Part shown: one piece after another, positions 19,901 to 30,503 of the stretch | Layout: each line of letters opens with the position of its first letter | Position numbering within the stretch: the stretch's first letter is position 1 | Assembly (NCBI GenBank): GCA_963976765.1 | Contig: CAXBME010000023.1 | Span: 62,001 to 126,000, forward strand | Direction of reading: 5' to 3' | Source: an uncultured Planctomycetaceae bacterium | GTDB taxonomy: Bacteria > Planctomycetota > Planctomycetia > Planctomycetales > Planctomycetaceae | DNA: 64,000 nucleotides | Translations under genes and position numbers: made by a program | Notes under the pieces: generated by a model | What the model saw: only the letters and a program-made list of their open reading frames with translations | Told to the model about the DNA's origin: nothing | Database searches by the model: none

Positions 19901-20566
19901 GTGTACATTGAACGCTCTGGTCTGGCTTGTTTGAACAGGCCAGACGCGTTCATGGGTTCATGCCGGCGGGCGGGCGACACTTTGACGAGTTCCTCCGACA
20001 GTCAGATTCGACCATTGATCTCCTTGGTTCGAGCCGGAGATCAGGACGCCGCTGAAGTCGTGTTTGACCGCTATGCCCAGCAGCTTGCCCGGCTCGCTGA
20101 AAAGCACTTGAATCATCGACTGGCTCGGCGAGTCGAAGGCGACGACGTCGTGCAGTCAGTGTTTCGCACTTTCTTTCAGCGAGTGGAACGCGGCGAGTTT
20201 CAGATTCGCAGTCGCGACCAGCTCTGGAAGCTACTCGTGACGATCACCATCCGGAAGACGCAGATGCAGGCTCGACGTCACGGTGCGGAGAAGCGTGATG
20301 TCCGGCTCGAAACAGGTGATCCGGTGGCCCTGATGTCCGCCATCGATCGTGAGCCAGGACCGGAAGAAGCACGCATTCTGGATGAGGAAATTGATCGCGT
20401 GCTGCTCGGAATGCCGTCCGGCCAGCAGGAACTGTATCGCCGCCTGCTCGAACTGAAGCTCGCTGGCCACTCGAACGATGAAATCGCCGGAGAACTCGGC
20501 ATCGTCCGCCGCACTGTCGAGCGCATGCTCAATCGACTCGAAGAACGTTTTGACGCGTCTGGTTGA
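19901..20566 (+). CDS. ECF-type RNA polymerase sigma factor (Ser/Thr kinase-associated type)
   Basis: AGDQDAAEVVFDRYAQQL...DDVVQSVFRTFF...LWKLLVTITIRK...GHSNDEIAGELGIVRRTVER; the true start may be TTG 19982. Confidence 0.9.
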   Translation: MYIERSGLACLNRPDAFMGSCRRAGDTLTSSSDSQIRPLISLVRAGDQDAAEVVFDRYAQQLARLAEKHLNHRLARRVEGDDVVQSVFRTFFQRVERGEFQIRSRDQLWKLLVTITIRKTQMQARRHGAEKRDVRLETGDPVALMSAIDREPGPEEARILDEEIDRVLLGMPSGQQELYRRLLELKLAGHSNDEIAGELGIVRRTVERMLNRLEERFDASG

Positions 20567-20756
20567 TTCCGTACGGTCGAATTTCGGTGATGAAACCGGC
20601 GGAATCAGTTGGCAAAACGTCAATTTGAAGAAATTCTGAAATCGCTGTCGCAAAGCCGCCGCTACCTGCAATTGAGTTTGTGCCGACGTCGCGATAACTC
20701 GTGGCCTGTTGCTGTTTCTTCTCTTTGGCTGCCGTTTGTTTTTCCAAGGGCTCGCG

Positions 20757-23700
20757 ATGGATTCTCCAGACACAGTCACAAGTTTGAGCCACCTCAGCTC
20801 CGACATTCGCGACGAACTGCTCGACTGGGTCGTCGATTTCGATCTGCACTGGCGAAAGGGCCTGCTGGAATCGCATCTTTCCAGTCTGCCAACGCATCTG
20901 GAGCCGTGGCGAACCGTCGCCGTGGCGGAACTCGTCAAGATCGACATGATCCAAATGTGGAAGCGCAAGTCTGAAGTCCCGTTGGAATCGTATCTCGAAA
21001 CTTATCCCGAACTGGGCACCAGCGAGACGGTCTCCGCCGAGCTGATTCTGGCAGAACTGGAAGCTCGCAAGCTGGCAGGTCAGCGGATGTCTGGGCGGGA
21101 ACTCAAGGATCGGTTTCCGCTGCAGTCAGCAGCCGTCCGGCAGGCGATCTCCAGCGGCTCGATGATCGGGAAATCAGTGATTGGACAAAGCCGGATCAGC
21201 GGCAGCAGGATTGCCCGTACGATCGGGCTGCCTTCGGCAAAGGACACAGCATCACTGGCTCCGGGTGAGACTTTTTCGAGCCAGCCCAAACCTGCACCGG
21301 TTCCTGTTTCGAGTCGAAATCTCCTGGTTACTGGTTCTGCCTTCGGCCCGAACGGTCGGTACCGCATTGTGAAAGAACTCGGTGGTGGCGGGATGGGATC
21401 CGTCTACCTGGCAAAGGACACGGCACTGGGAAACCGGAAGGTCGCCATCAAAGTCCCACATTTTTCGCCGACCGATGGCCCGGAAATGCTGGAGCGGTTC
21501 CAGCGCGAAGCGGAGCTACTGGCGACGATTTCGCACCCGAATCTTGGCATCGTGTACGACGTCAACGAGTGTGACGGCGTCAACTTTCTCGTGATGGAGT
21601 ACATCAGCGGCACGTCGCTGGCGGATTACATCGAAAAGAAGCCGTTGCCCCTGGATAAAAGCGTCTGGTTGATTCGGCGGATTGCTCAGGCCCTTCAGCC
21701 TGCCCATGCGAAAGGCATCGTGCATCGCGACCTCAAACCCGAGAACATCATGCTGACGCGGGACGGCCAGCCAAAAGTTATCGACTTTGGCCTGGCGGTG
21801 AACGTTGAAAGCGGCGGCACGCGAGCCACTCAACAGGGCATGACGATGGGCACGCCGGAATACATGCCGCTGGAGCAGGTCACCGGCGACCTGACAAAGA
21901 TCGGCCCGCGCAGCGACGTCTACAGTCTGGGCATTATGCTCTACAAACTGCTGGCCGGCACGGTGCCGTTTACGGGTGACACTCCACTGGCCGTCGGAGT
22001 GAAGATCTTTAACGAGACCGCCGTTTCGCCGCAGGTACACAACACGGACATTGACTCGCGACTGGCGGACATCGTCCTGAAAGCCATCGCGAAGGAACCA
22101 GAAAACCGCTACGGCTCGATGGAAGAGTTCGCCCAGACACTGATCAACTACGCAAAAACAGCCGGCGACCCGGATGCAGCATCCGCCATTACCTTTTTGC
22201 CGGCTGAGCAGTTTCCATGTTTCCCGGAAGTTCACACTCCGACGGTGATATCAGACTCCACCACCGTTGAGTGCGGATTGCCCTCATTTGATGTCGTCCA
22301 TCCAGTCAAACACTCGGAACTGGCAGTCCAGGATTTTCCACAAACATCGATCGCCGCAGCTCAGCGAAAGAGAAAAGGCAGCCACCTCGGATATTACATC
22401 GGATTTTCCTGCCTGGCTGCTTTCCTGGGAGTTGTCCTCTATTTCCGCACCGACGACACACTGATCAGAGTCGACGTGAAGTCACCGAATGTGACGGTGA
22501 CCTTTCACGACAACAGAATCACGCTGACAGACGGAACACAGCAGTTCCGTGTGGAACCCGGTCGCCACCGCCTGCACGTCAAATCTGGCAATGCCGAGTT
22601 TGACACAGACATCTTCACAGTGAAGGAGGGAGACACGGCAGCGGTGATCGTTGAAGTTGTCGACGCGACAATTGTCGCCAAGGCAGGCAGCACGCCAATT
22701 GGAACCCATGTTCTGGCAACGAAAGCCACTCAACCAGAAATCGGTGAAGAACTTCTCATCAACGGAAGCTGCGACGCTCCTCTTTCAGGCGGCATCATTC
22801 CGGGTTGGACCGTTGTGTCGGGACTTTGGGGAGCCGAATCAAAGCCATCCTTCGCGTTTGATGGTCCAGCCTGTTTCCGTCCTGGCCCGGCCCTCAACTC
22901 AGAGATCATTCAGGATGTATCGCTCGAACAATTCGCCGAGAGCATTCAAAAAGGCGAACTTGAAATGACTTTCCGAGAGCACGTCCTGTCACTCGCTTCT
23001 GGAGAGAAAGCACGAGCAATAATCGAGTTTCGCCACAGTTCGATCCATGCACCGTTTGCCATTTACGACACCGGATACATGTCACTGAATCGCAATTGGC
23101 AGGAACTCTCGCATATACGGTCCGTACCACCGGGCACCGCGTTCATAAGAATTCGCCTGCTGGCTTCGCTCACTGGAACAGAAAAACGCGACGTGTACTT
23201 TGACGGCGTGTCGCTGGTGGTCAATCGGGTTTCGAAGGCTGGTGCATCGCAGATCCCCACGGATGCGACGGCATTCAATAATCACTTCTACAAATTCTAC
23301 GCGGAACAGTTGACCTGGAAGGAGGCGCAAGCCCGTTGCGAAGAACTGGGTGGACATCTGGTAATAATCGACAGCAAAGAAGAACAACGGATTGTCTCAC
23401 ATCTGATTTCCTCGTCTGCCTGGCAGGATTGCTGGTTGGGTATCACCGACGAAAACCAGGAGGGGGAATGGGTAACGGTGGCAGGCGGTCCTCTCTCATA
23501 CTCAAACTGGTACACAGCTCAGCCCAATAATAAGCAGTGGCAGGAGCATTTCGGCCTGCTGTCGAACCGAGAAATTGGAGGGAAACGCATTGCATGGATG
23601 TGGTGCGACCAGCCCAATCAGGCACTTGCTCCCCATCAACCGGGTTTCGTCTGCGAGTGGGAGACCGTGACAAAATTCGAACAGGAACTAATAAAAAAGT

Positions 23701-24782
23701 TTTCACTGAACACCGCAAGCCATGCCCCACCCCTGAAGTCAATCAGGGTCGAGAAGGTCCGACAACTTACCGGTCATGCCGCGAATATACGCAGTCTCGC
23801 ATTCACACCGGACGGCAAGCGACTGGCGTCGGGCAGTTACGGGGTCACGATTCAGCGAAGTAAATTTGTTTGTGGACCCGACAATACGGTTCGCATCTGG
23901 AACGTCGAGACCGGAGCCGAAATTCGAAAGTTTGGACTGAGCGGTGGACAAACCAGTCGTGGAGTTCAGGGATTGGCGATCTCTCCTGATGGCCGTTATG
24001 TTGCTGCGGCCTGCAGCTTCGATTACGTTCACACTTATGCGTTTCCGAGGTTGTATATCTGGGATATTGCTACTGGATCGCGACGGACTTTTTTTGGCGA
24101 AAAAGCCACCTGCAAATTCCGGCACGTAACGTTTTCACCAGACAGTAGCATTCTGACTGTTCTTGGCGAGACGATCGCCAATCACTCCTATAATGTCACT
24201 GACGGGTCCGAACGCCCAATTCCAGACATGCCTTCGAAGCTTCTGCTCGTCGGAGTGTCGGACAACTCGGCGTCATTTGTTCGAGCTGACCCTGCAGGGC
24301 CTCTCCTGCTGTGGGATTTCGAGAAGGGCCAGGAGGTCGCGAGATTCGACGGGTTCACGCAGTCCGCGATTGTCGCCGTTCCTTCGCTAGACAACGCTTA
24401 CCTGCTGGCCAGTTCGAACGACTACTCCATTCGTTGCTGGGAACGCTCCACCGGAAAAACAGTTTTCGAGCGAGTGGGACTCGATGCTCGTGCTCGTTCC
24501 TTGTCTTTCTCACGTGATGGCAGGTACTTCGCAGCAAGCTGCGACGATGGTTATGTCAGCATTCACAACGCACTGACCGGCGAACGATTTGCTCGTGTCA
24601 AAGCACACGAAGGCAGAGTGAATGCAGTCTGCTTTTCGCCAGTGGACGATGTCCTGGCAACCGGCGGAAACGACGATCTGATCCAGCTTTGGCGGGTGGG
24701 CGAGCAGGTTCACCTGACGACAACCGACTCCGTCACCGATTCCGTTATTGAAAAGCAGTTGGTGCTGAAGGCGGCAATGTGA
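20757..24782 (+). CDS. Membrane Ser/Thr protein kinase with extracytoplasmic carbohydrate-binding-like, C-type lectin and WD40 domains
   Basis: [52 protein letters not shown]-type lectin [17 protein letters not shown]...WLG...FVCEW; WD40 repeats ([28 protein letters not shown]). Confidence 0.92.
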   Translation: MDSPDTVTSLSHLSSDIRDELLDWVVDFDLHWRKGLLESHLSSLPTHLEPWRTVAVAELVKIDMIQMWKRKSEVPLESYLETYPELGTSETVSAELILAELEARKLAGQRMSGRELKDRFPLQSAAVRQAISSGSMIGKSVIGQSRISGSRIARTIGLPSAKDTASLAPGETFSSQPKPAPVPVSSRNLLVTGSAFGPNGRYRIVKELGGGGMGSVYLAKDTALGNRKVAIKVPHFSPTDGPEMLERFQREAELLATISHPNLGIVYDVNECDGVNFLVMEYISGTSLADYIEKKPLPLDKSVWLIRRIAQALQPAHAKGIVHRDLKPENIMLTRDGQPKVIDFGLAVNVESGGTRATQQGMTMGTPEYMPLEQVTGDLTKIGPRSDVYSLGIMLYKLLAGTVPFTGDTPLAVGVKIFNETAVSPQVHNTDIDSRLADIVLKAIAKEPENRYGSMEEFAQTLINYAKTAGDPDAASAITFLPAEQFPCFPEVHTPTVISDSTTVECGLPSFDVVHPVKHSELAVQDFPQTSIAAAQRKRKGSHLGYYIGFSCLAAFLGVVLYFRTDDTLIRVDVKSPNVTVTFHDNRITLTDGTQQFRVEPGRHRLHVKSGNAEFDTDIFTVKEGDTAAVIVEVVDATIVAKAGSTPIGTHVLATKATQPEIGEELLINGSCDAPLSGGIIPGWTVVSGLWGAESKPSFAFDGPACFRPGPALNSEIIQDVSLEQFAESIQKGELEMTFREHVLSLASGEKARAIIEFRHSSIHAPFAIYDTGYMSLNRNWQELSHIRSVPPGTAFIRIRLLASLTGTEKRDVYFDGVSLVVNRVSKAGASQIPTDATAFNNHFYKFYAEQLTWKEAQARCEELGGHLVIIDSKEEQRIVSHLISSSAWQDCWLGITDENQEGEWVTVAGGPLSYSNWYTAQPNNKQWQEHFGLLSNREIGGKRIAWMWCDQPNQALAPHQPGFVCEWETVTKFEQELIKKFSLNTASHAPPLKSIRVEKVRQLTGHAANIRSLAFTPDGKRLASGSYGVTIQRSKFVCGPDNTVRIWNVETGAEIRKFGLSGGQTSRGVQGLAISPDGRYVAAACSFDYVHTYAFPRLYIWDIATGSRRTFFGEKATCKFRHVTFSPDSSILTVLGETIANHSYNVTDGSERPIPDMPSKLLLVGVSDNSASFVRADPAGPLLLWDFEKGQEVARFDGFTQSAIVAVPSLDNAYLLASSNDYSIRCWERSTGKTVFERVGLDARARSLSFSRDGRYFAASCDDGYVSIHNALTGERFARVKAHEGRVNAVCFSPVDDVLATGGNDDLIQLWRVGEQVHLTTTDSVTDSVIEKQLVLKAAM

Positions 24783-24902
24783 CCGGTAGTTCTTCGGTGA
24801 AAATACAGCCGCCGCGTTCGATCTGGTTGCAGACGTGATCGCCGAGTCCCTCGAAAATTAAACAGCTCAAGATCTGTTCCTCAATATGTTTCTAAGGAGT
24901 GT

Positions 24903-26069
24903 ATGACGATGGCTTTCAGATCATTGTTCATCGTCGTGTTTACGATTCTGTTTACTGACTTATGCGTGCTATACGCTCAGGGGACTGAGATCGCCTTCGA
25001 AAAGTATGAACTTGCTCTGGAACAGCCTCACGACTTACTCGCGATGGTACGGCTTCCGAATCACAGCCTTCGCGGCACCTGGAAACAACAGGGTGATGCA
25101 CTCGTGTGCGAGCCGTCTGACGATGCTCAACTCATGTTGCCCGTCGCGGTCAGTGGCAGCTACGAGATCGATTGCGAATTCACTCGACGGTCTGGCGAGG
25201 AGACAATAGCTGTCGTTCTGCCTGTTGGAACCTCACCGACGGCGATTCTGCTCAGTGGCTGGGCGGGTGCCGCCAGCGGCATTGCCGCAGTCGACGGTCG
25301 CGATGCCCGATCGACGAATTTCGCGACAGGAGCTGCCGTTCGTCCCGGCAAACTGATCAATGGCCAGCGGTATCGATTACAGGTTGAAGTCATCTTGCTC
25401 AGGCAACGTGCCATGATCACGGCGGCGTTAAATGGGCAGCGTTTCGTGATGTGGAAGGGACTCTCTGGGCAGCTCGGATACTGGTCGCAATACTCCATTC
25501 CCTGCCAGCAGTCGTTCGCTTTGATTGGCCACCGATGTGCTGCCGATTTTCATAAGTGCGAGTTGACGATCAAAAAGGGCAGCAGTGGATACCGGCTCGA
25601 CGATGCATCGAAATCCGACTGGCGTAACCCACTTATACCTGTCGCAAACGGACCTCCAAAGAAAATCATCGGTCAATGTACGACATGGAACGGTCATAAG
25701 TATTTCATGACTGACAAGCCCGTGGACATTGTGACTGCCCGAAGATTGGCCACGGAGCTGCAGGGCCGACTGTTGACGATTTCCTCGAAAGAGGAAGAAG
25801 ACTTTTTCTTTAAGGAAGGCCGAGGCGTCGAGATCTGGTTGTCCGGCTGGAGATCATCCGCCAGGCAGGGATGGTACGATGAGCGAAATCGACCGCTGAA
25901 GTACGTTGGAAAGTGGGCGCCAAGGAACCCGTCGCAGCGCTACTGGGAATCGCTATTGGTTCTTCATACGAAAACGAATGCTTGGATCGGCTGGCACGAT
26001 CACTACGTTACAGACAGAGCACATGCCTGTATCGAGTGGGGTGAAGAGTATACGGAAGTGACGCAGTGA
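24903..26069 (+). CDS. Secreted protein with a C-terminal C-type lectin-like domain
   Basis: Signal peptide; WNGHKYF...ARRLATELQGRLLTISSKEEEDF...IWLSG...WHD...ACIEW. Confidence 0.75.
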   Translation: MTMAFRSLFIVVFTILFTDLCVLYAQGTEIAFEKYELALEQPHDLLAMVRLPNHSLRGTWKQQGDALVCEPSDDAQLMLPVAVSGSYEIDCEFTRRSGEETIAVVLPVGTSPTAILLSGWAGAASGIAAVDGRDARSTNFATGAAVRPGKLINGQRYRLQVEVILLRQRAMITAALNGQRFVMWKGLSGQLGYWSQYSIPCQQSFALIGHRCAADFHKCELTIKKGSSGYRLDDASKSDWRNPLIPVANGPPKKIIGQCTTWNGHKYFMTDKPVDIVTARRLATELQGRLLTISSKEEEDFFFKEGRGVEIWLSGWRSSARQGWYDERNRPLKYVGKWAPRNPSQRYWESLLVLHTKTNAWIGWHDHYVTDRAHACIEWGEEYTEVTQ

Positions 26070-26157
26070 CTCCACTACATGTGCGGAATGAGACATTGTG
26101 AGAGGCGACAGATGACACAGAGTGTGAACTGGCAGCAATGACACTTGGAGATTTACG

Positions 26158-26988
26158 GTGAGTAAAAAAGTCAAACCAACAATCGTGTCACCCGCGGCGG
26201 GGAGTTCGTTGGCCGTTGTCGCGGCGCGTGAGGCGGCGAAAACCGGGCGGGACAAGACTACAAAGAAGGCGGTCGCGAAGGAGCAAACCGGTGTGACACC
26301 TTTCAAACCTCTTCGGCGGCCTCCGATAGCGATGCTGACCCTACTTGACGATGGAACCTCGGAAGGCGAGGTCTTTCGACTGCGGGAAGCTCGGACGGTG
26401 ATCGGACGCGAGGATGCGGATATCCGGATTCCGCATGACCCACTGATTTCGTCGAAGCATCTGGAGATCACCCGGCGAGCCGAAGGAAATACCTGGCGGT
26501 GGTTTGTGAAAGATCTCGGTAGCCGGAACGGGACGTTCTTTCGTGTCTCCAAATGTCGAGTGAGAAACCAGTTTGAGTTCCTGATGGGGAACTGCCGTTA
26601 CCGGTTGAACGTGCCTGACGAAACAGCCGCTGAACCAGAGGGTGAGCGGGAAGACGTGGGGACTCAGGGCTGGTCGGCGATCTCGCGGGAAACACTCGCC
26701 CTGTTGTCGCCTCACCTGGTGCGTTTCGAAGGTGAGACCGAGGCCAGCTCGTATCCACTTTCTGATGAGATTGTGATCGGTTCAGACAGCTCACTCAGCA
26801 AGATCACCGTTGAAGATTCGCTGCTGAATCCCGAGCACGCACGCCTGATCCGCCAGCCGAACGGTATGTGGAAGATCGAAGACCTGGGTAGTCGAAATGG
26901 AACCTGGATGCGGATTGAAGAAAGTGCTGTCGCACGAGCCTGTCAGTTTCAACTGGGCGAACAGCGTTTCGTGCTGAGGGTAAGCTGA
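26158..26988 (+). CDS. Tandem FHA domain protein
   Basis: IGR...ISSKH...DLGSRNGTF and a second IGS...EHA...DLGSRNGTW. Confidence 0.88.
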   Translation: MSKKVKPTIVSPAAGSSLAVVAAREAAKTGRDKTTKKAVAKEQTGVTPFKPLRRPPIAMLTLLDDGTSEGEVFRLREARTVIGREDADIRIPHDPLISSKHLEITRRAEGNTWRWFVKDLGSRNGTFFRVSKCRVRNQFEFLMGNCRYRLNVPDETAAEPEGEREDVGTQGWSAISRETLALLSPHLVRFEGETEASSYPLSDEIVIGSDSSLSKITVEDSLLNPEHARLIRQPNGMWKIEDLGSRNGTWMRIEESAVARACQFQLGEQRFVLRVS

Positions 26989-26990
26989 CC

Positions 26991-28172
26991 ATGCACCTGA
27001 CACTGGAAATTCAGATCAGCGGAACGTCTGCCATCACGATGGGGCGACGGGGCCGAATTCTCACCGTCGGACGCGATCCCGATGCGGACTTCGCGCTGCC
27101 GGATATCGATTCAACGGGTATCGCTTCCGCACGTCATGCTCAGTTCGAAGTGGATGGGAACACACTTCTCGTGACCGACCTCGGTTCCTCGAACGGAACA
27201 TTCGTTGACGGAGATCGGCTGACGGAACCGAGGCGGTTTGTCGTTGGAGAAGCAATTGAACTCGGTCTGGGCGGTCCGGTGGTTCGTATTCTTAATTTCG
27301 ACACGGCGGTGACGCCGGCAGGCTCCGGCGGATTCCGAGAACCCACAGGAACGCTGCTGATCGCCGCTGGAGCCGTCATCGTGGCGATCGTGGTGCTGCT
27401 CATCGGATGGATAGTTTCGGACGGAGCGAAGCCTGACCTTGTCGTTCCGGTTCCGAGGGTGCCCAAGCCTTTTCATGTTCTGGTTCCAGTGATATCCGAG
27501 CCTGTTCTCGTAATGGAAGTGCAGCCTCTCAATGAAGTCTCGCGGGCAGTGGGGTGTCTGGGGTTTCGGTTCGACGTGGATGAACTACACGGTGACGAAA
27601 CGGCGTGGCTGATTGCTCCTGACAAACTAGTAACGACCGCTCGGATAGCAGGCCGGTTGTTGAAACTGAAAGAAGTTGACTCGAAGTTTGCCTTTGAACT
27701 GGCGGTCGCATTTGGACCGGAGCGAGCCGTTGGGATTCGGAACGTCCGTCTGCATCCGAAATATGACTTCGACAATCCCGGCGATCCGGGCAGCCTGCTG
27801 CATGACGTCGCCGTACTGACTCTGGAAGAACCGGTTGACGATCGTCCGGTGTGCAAACTGGCCGATCCTGGCGTGGAGATTTCACTGGAATCGGAACTTC
27901 GACTGGTCGGGTATGAGAATCGGACGCCGCCGAATACTCCGCTCGACTTTCTGCAGATGAAACGCCGTCAGCTCAAAGTGTCAATTACCGGAAGTGAACT
28001 GCCAGCGGGGACGTCGACACCCGTGTTTCAGACAGGGGTCGCGGTGACTCGAGGATTGTCAGGGGCTCCGGTGTTTGATCAGTCCGGTCGAGTTGTCGGT
28101 TTATTGACTCAGCGGAACGGAAAAGGAGTCATGGTTCCGGTCAGCGTGATTCGTGAACTGGTAAAACACTGA
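26991..28172 (+). CDS. FHA-TM-trypsin-like (S1) domain protein, catalytic His apparently substituted
   Basis: FHA VGR...SARHA...DLGSSNGTFVDG; TM segment; protease-like LVTTARI (His replaced by Arg), HDVAVL, GLSGAPV. Confidence 0.82.
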   Translation: MHLTLEIQISGTSAITMGRRGRILTVGRDPDADFALPDIDSTGIASARHAQFEVDGNTLLVTDLGSSNGTFVDGDRLTEPRRFVVGEAIELGLGGPVVRILNFDTAVTPAGSGGFREPTGTLLIAAGAVIVAIVVLLIGWIVSDGAKPDLVVPVPRVPKPFHVLVPVISEPVLVMEVQPLNEVSRAVGCLGFRFDVDELHGDETAWLIAPDKLVTTARIAGRLLKLKEVDSKFAFELAVAFGPERAVGIRNVRLHPKYDFDNPGDPGSLLHDVAVLTLEEPVDDRPVCKLADPGVEISLESELRLVGYENRTPPNTPLDFLQMKRRQLKVSITGSELPAGTSTPVFQTGVAVTRGLSGAPVFDQSGRVVGLLTQRNGKGVMVPVSVIRELVKH

Positions 28173-28268
28173 GTGAGAGTCTCTCATCCGGGAGCGTGGC
28201 AGACTCATCTGTCGCTTTCGTTCCTTCATTTTCTTTAGTCGCACGAACAGATTCCAAGGGTAGACTCA

Positions 28269-29489
28269 ATGCGTCAATTAACGCTGGCACTATTCGCCAT
28301 ACTGGTGAGTGCTACGACAATGAGCTGTGCGGATGACAGCCCTGCGGACACGATTCGTGCTCTGGAATCCGCGAGACTTGCTCGTCTGGAAGAGATTCAG
28401 AGGGACCGAGCAGCAGTGCTCGAACAGATCGCGAGTCAGGGCCGGCTGGTGGACTACCTGCAGACCTGGGCTGAGTCTGAAACCGACCGCCGCGTTCGAG
28501 CCCGACCACTGCGTGGAGTGGACTCCGCCTATCTCGACGGCCTGCAGAAACGTCGCGAGGCCATGCTGGCTCGTATCGCCAACTTTCCAGCTTCCGCTGG
28601 TGGTGCCATCGTCAAAGGGGACGCTCTGAATCGACTGTTGCAAGTTTGCGGACCGACAGCATCGAGCCGGCTACGAATGCGACAGTCAGGAGCCCCGTCG
28701 ATTCTGAATGGCGAGGGTGTTGGCGAGGAGGCTCGCGTGATCTACTCACGGCTCAGCGAAACGCCGATGCCCGAGATCAGTCTGGCGGATATCCAGTATC
28801 GCCGTGGAGTGTCCGGGCCGAAGCTGACCGGGCGTCTGGATGGAACAGTGCTCAATACCGACTGGCCGCTGAAGTTGCGTGAGAACGTTTATCAATCGAA
28901 GTGCAAAGCAATCGAACAGGCTCGCGATCAAGGGCTGAAAGAACTCAGCAGTGGGCGACCAGTCAGTCCGAAAACAGCCGCAGAGCTGATGGTAGCCGTC
29001 GAACGACTTCGAAGTCAGGTCTGCCGCGACAGTGATCGCAACCTTCACCATTTCAGAGACTACGAAAAATTTCGTCCCTTCAAAATTGCCGAATTACACA
29101 TGGACGTCCTAATGAAGGGCACGGCCCGGTTCATCAATGCGACGAAGCCTGAGCACGTTCGAATCGACGTATTCCAGGGTGAAACTCTGGAGCAGTTCCT
29201 AGCCTATATGCACGAAAACTCGATACAGTTCGAACAGGCCGGACCGAACGCCCATATTACATATGGGAAAATGTTTCAGTCGATGCTGGCTTGGTATGTC
29301 GATATGCAACTGCTGGAACTGGCCGTCAGCAACGAGCAGAAGGAATTGGATTCTCTGGAACAGCGGGACCGTCAACTCACGGAACTGGACGCGGCGATTC
29401 GATCGCGTGAAACGCCGGCAATCGTCGGAGCGATTCAGAGTATTGCCGAAAGCATGTTCGAACCAGGCGTGCAGATTGTCATTCCATAG
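28269..29489 (+). CDS. Exported hypothetical coiled-coil protein (possible lipoprotein)
   Basis: Signal peptide ending TMSC; helical/coiled-coil N- and C-terminal segments; 406 aa. Confidence 0.65.
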   Translation: MRQLTLALFAILVSATTMSCADDSPADTIRALESARLARLEEIQRDRAAVLEQIASQGRLVDYLQTWAESETDRRVRARPLRGVDSAYLDGLQKRREAMLARIANFPASAGGAIVKGDALNRLLQVCGPTASSRLRMRQSGAPSILNGEGVGEEARVIYSRLSETPMPEISLADIQYRRGVSGPKLTGRLDGTVLNTDWPLKLRENVYQSKCKAIEQARDQGLKELSSGRPVSPKTAAELMVAVERLRSQVCRDSDRNLHHFRDYEKFRPFKIAELHMDVLMKGTARFINATKPEHVRIDVFQGETLEQFLAYMHENSIQFEQAGPNAHITYGKMFQSMLAWYVDMQLLELAVSNEQKELDSLEQRDRQLTELDAAIRSRETPAIVGAIQSIAESMFEPGVQIVIP

Positions 29490-29822
29490 CACGAGATTCG
29501 ATCGACACAGACCAGTCGATGCTTGCAAAAGTCAGTCTGTGATTGGCTTGTCGCAATTTATCCGTCGCAGCAAACTTGTGTCTTATCTGTTCAAGCCGGT
29601 CAGAAAAGAATCCTGATGGCGTTCCGCTGTTCCGATATTGAAGTGGGGTAAGGTTTAGCCCGAAAGATGCCGTGCCTCATGCAAACGGTAATACGGTAAT
29701 ATGGCTGGCTTTCTATCTGTGTGAGATCGCTCTACAATGCCGCGCGATCATGGATTGATCAGATGCTGCCCAAAACGGATCCCAGTCAGAAACTGCTATA
29801 TTGAGCGAACAGGAAGATAGAA

Positions 29823-29921
29823 ATGGCTAAATCAGCGAAGAAACTGAAGAAGGCGAACCACGGTAAACGTCCGGCGAGCGCCAAAGCTCGGAAGGCCAAG
29901 CGTCGGCACATCAAGACATAG
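29823..29921 (+). CDS. Small basic protein, 50S ribosomal protein bL37-like (32 aa)
   Basis: MAKSAKKLKKANHGKRPASAKARKAKRRHIKT*; KANHGKRP matches the core of mycobacterial bL37. AGGAAG RBS upstream and a terminator downstream. Confidence 0.8.
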   Translation: MAKSAKKLKKANHGKRPASAKARKAKRRHIKT

Positions 29922-29946
29922 TCAACGCACCGGGCCAACGATTCAC

Positions 29947-29988
29947 AAACGAGCGTTCATCCATTCGGGTGTCGCTCGTTTTTGTTTT
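29947..29988 (+). terminator. Rho-independent terminator
   Basis: AAACGAGCG...CGCTCGTTT stem followed by TTGTTTT. Confidence 0.75.
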
Positions 29989-30503
29989 CCGTATTTGGGA
30001 GGCGTGACTGTTAACTGACCTGACCTTCAGTCTGTCTGTTTTACCCGGTTGCCTCTTTTGCCTGAGCGGTAGATGCGTTCGAGTCTCCCTGATCGTTCTT
30101 AACCGGGAGTCTCTGACAAACCTGATCTTGAGCGGGCTGTCTGACCTTCAGAGTATGAGTGTCCGATGGCTACAATCTGCAACTTCCTCGTTCTGGTGTC
30201 CGGACAATCGTCGGAATTATCGGATTCCGGAGTCGACGCAAAGTTCGGTTAGCCGTTGCGACTACCCGTCGTCGTTTAAATCTGGCAGCAATCGTGCCTG
30301 CTTCTTTCGCTGGAACGGTCTGTGAATGGATGCGGTGTCGATGAAACATGGAGGCGGGCCGCTCAAATTCGGGGCGCTGGTGCGCGATCTGAATTTCCAG
30401 GATCGCTCAACTGCGGTCGACACAACGGATGCTCTAATCGGTGATCTCAAGTCAACTTGAGAACTGGCTGGGCGACACTCGACTTTAACAAACGAGAATC
30501 GGC

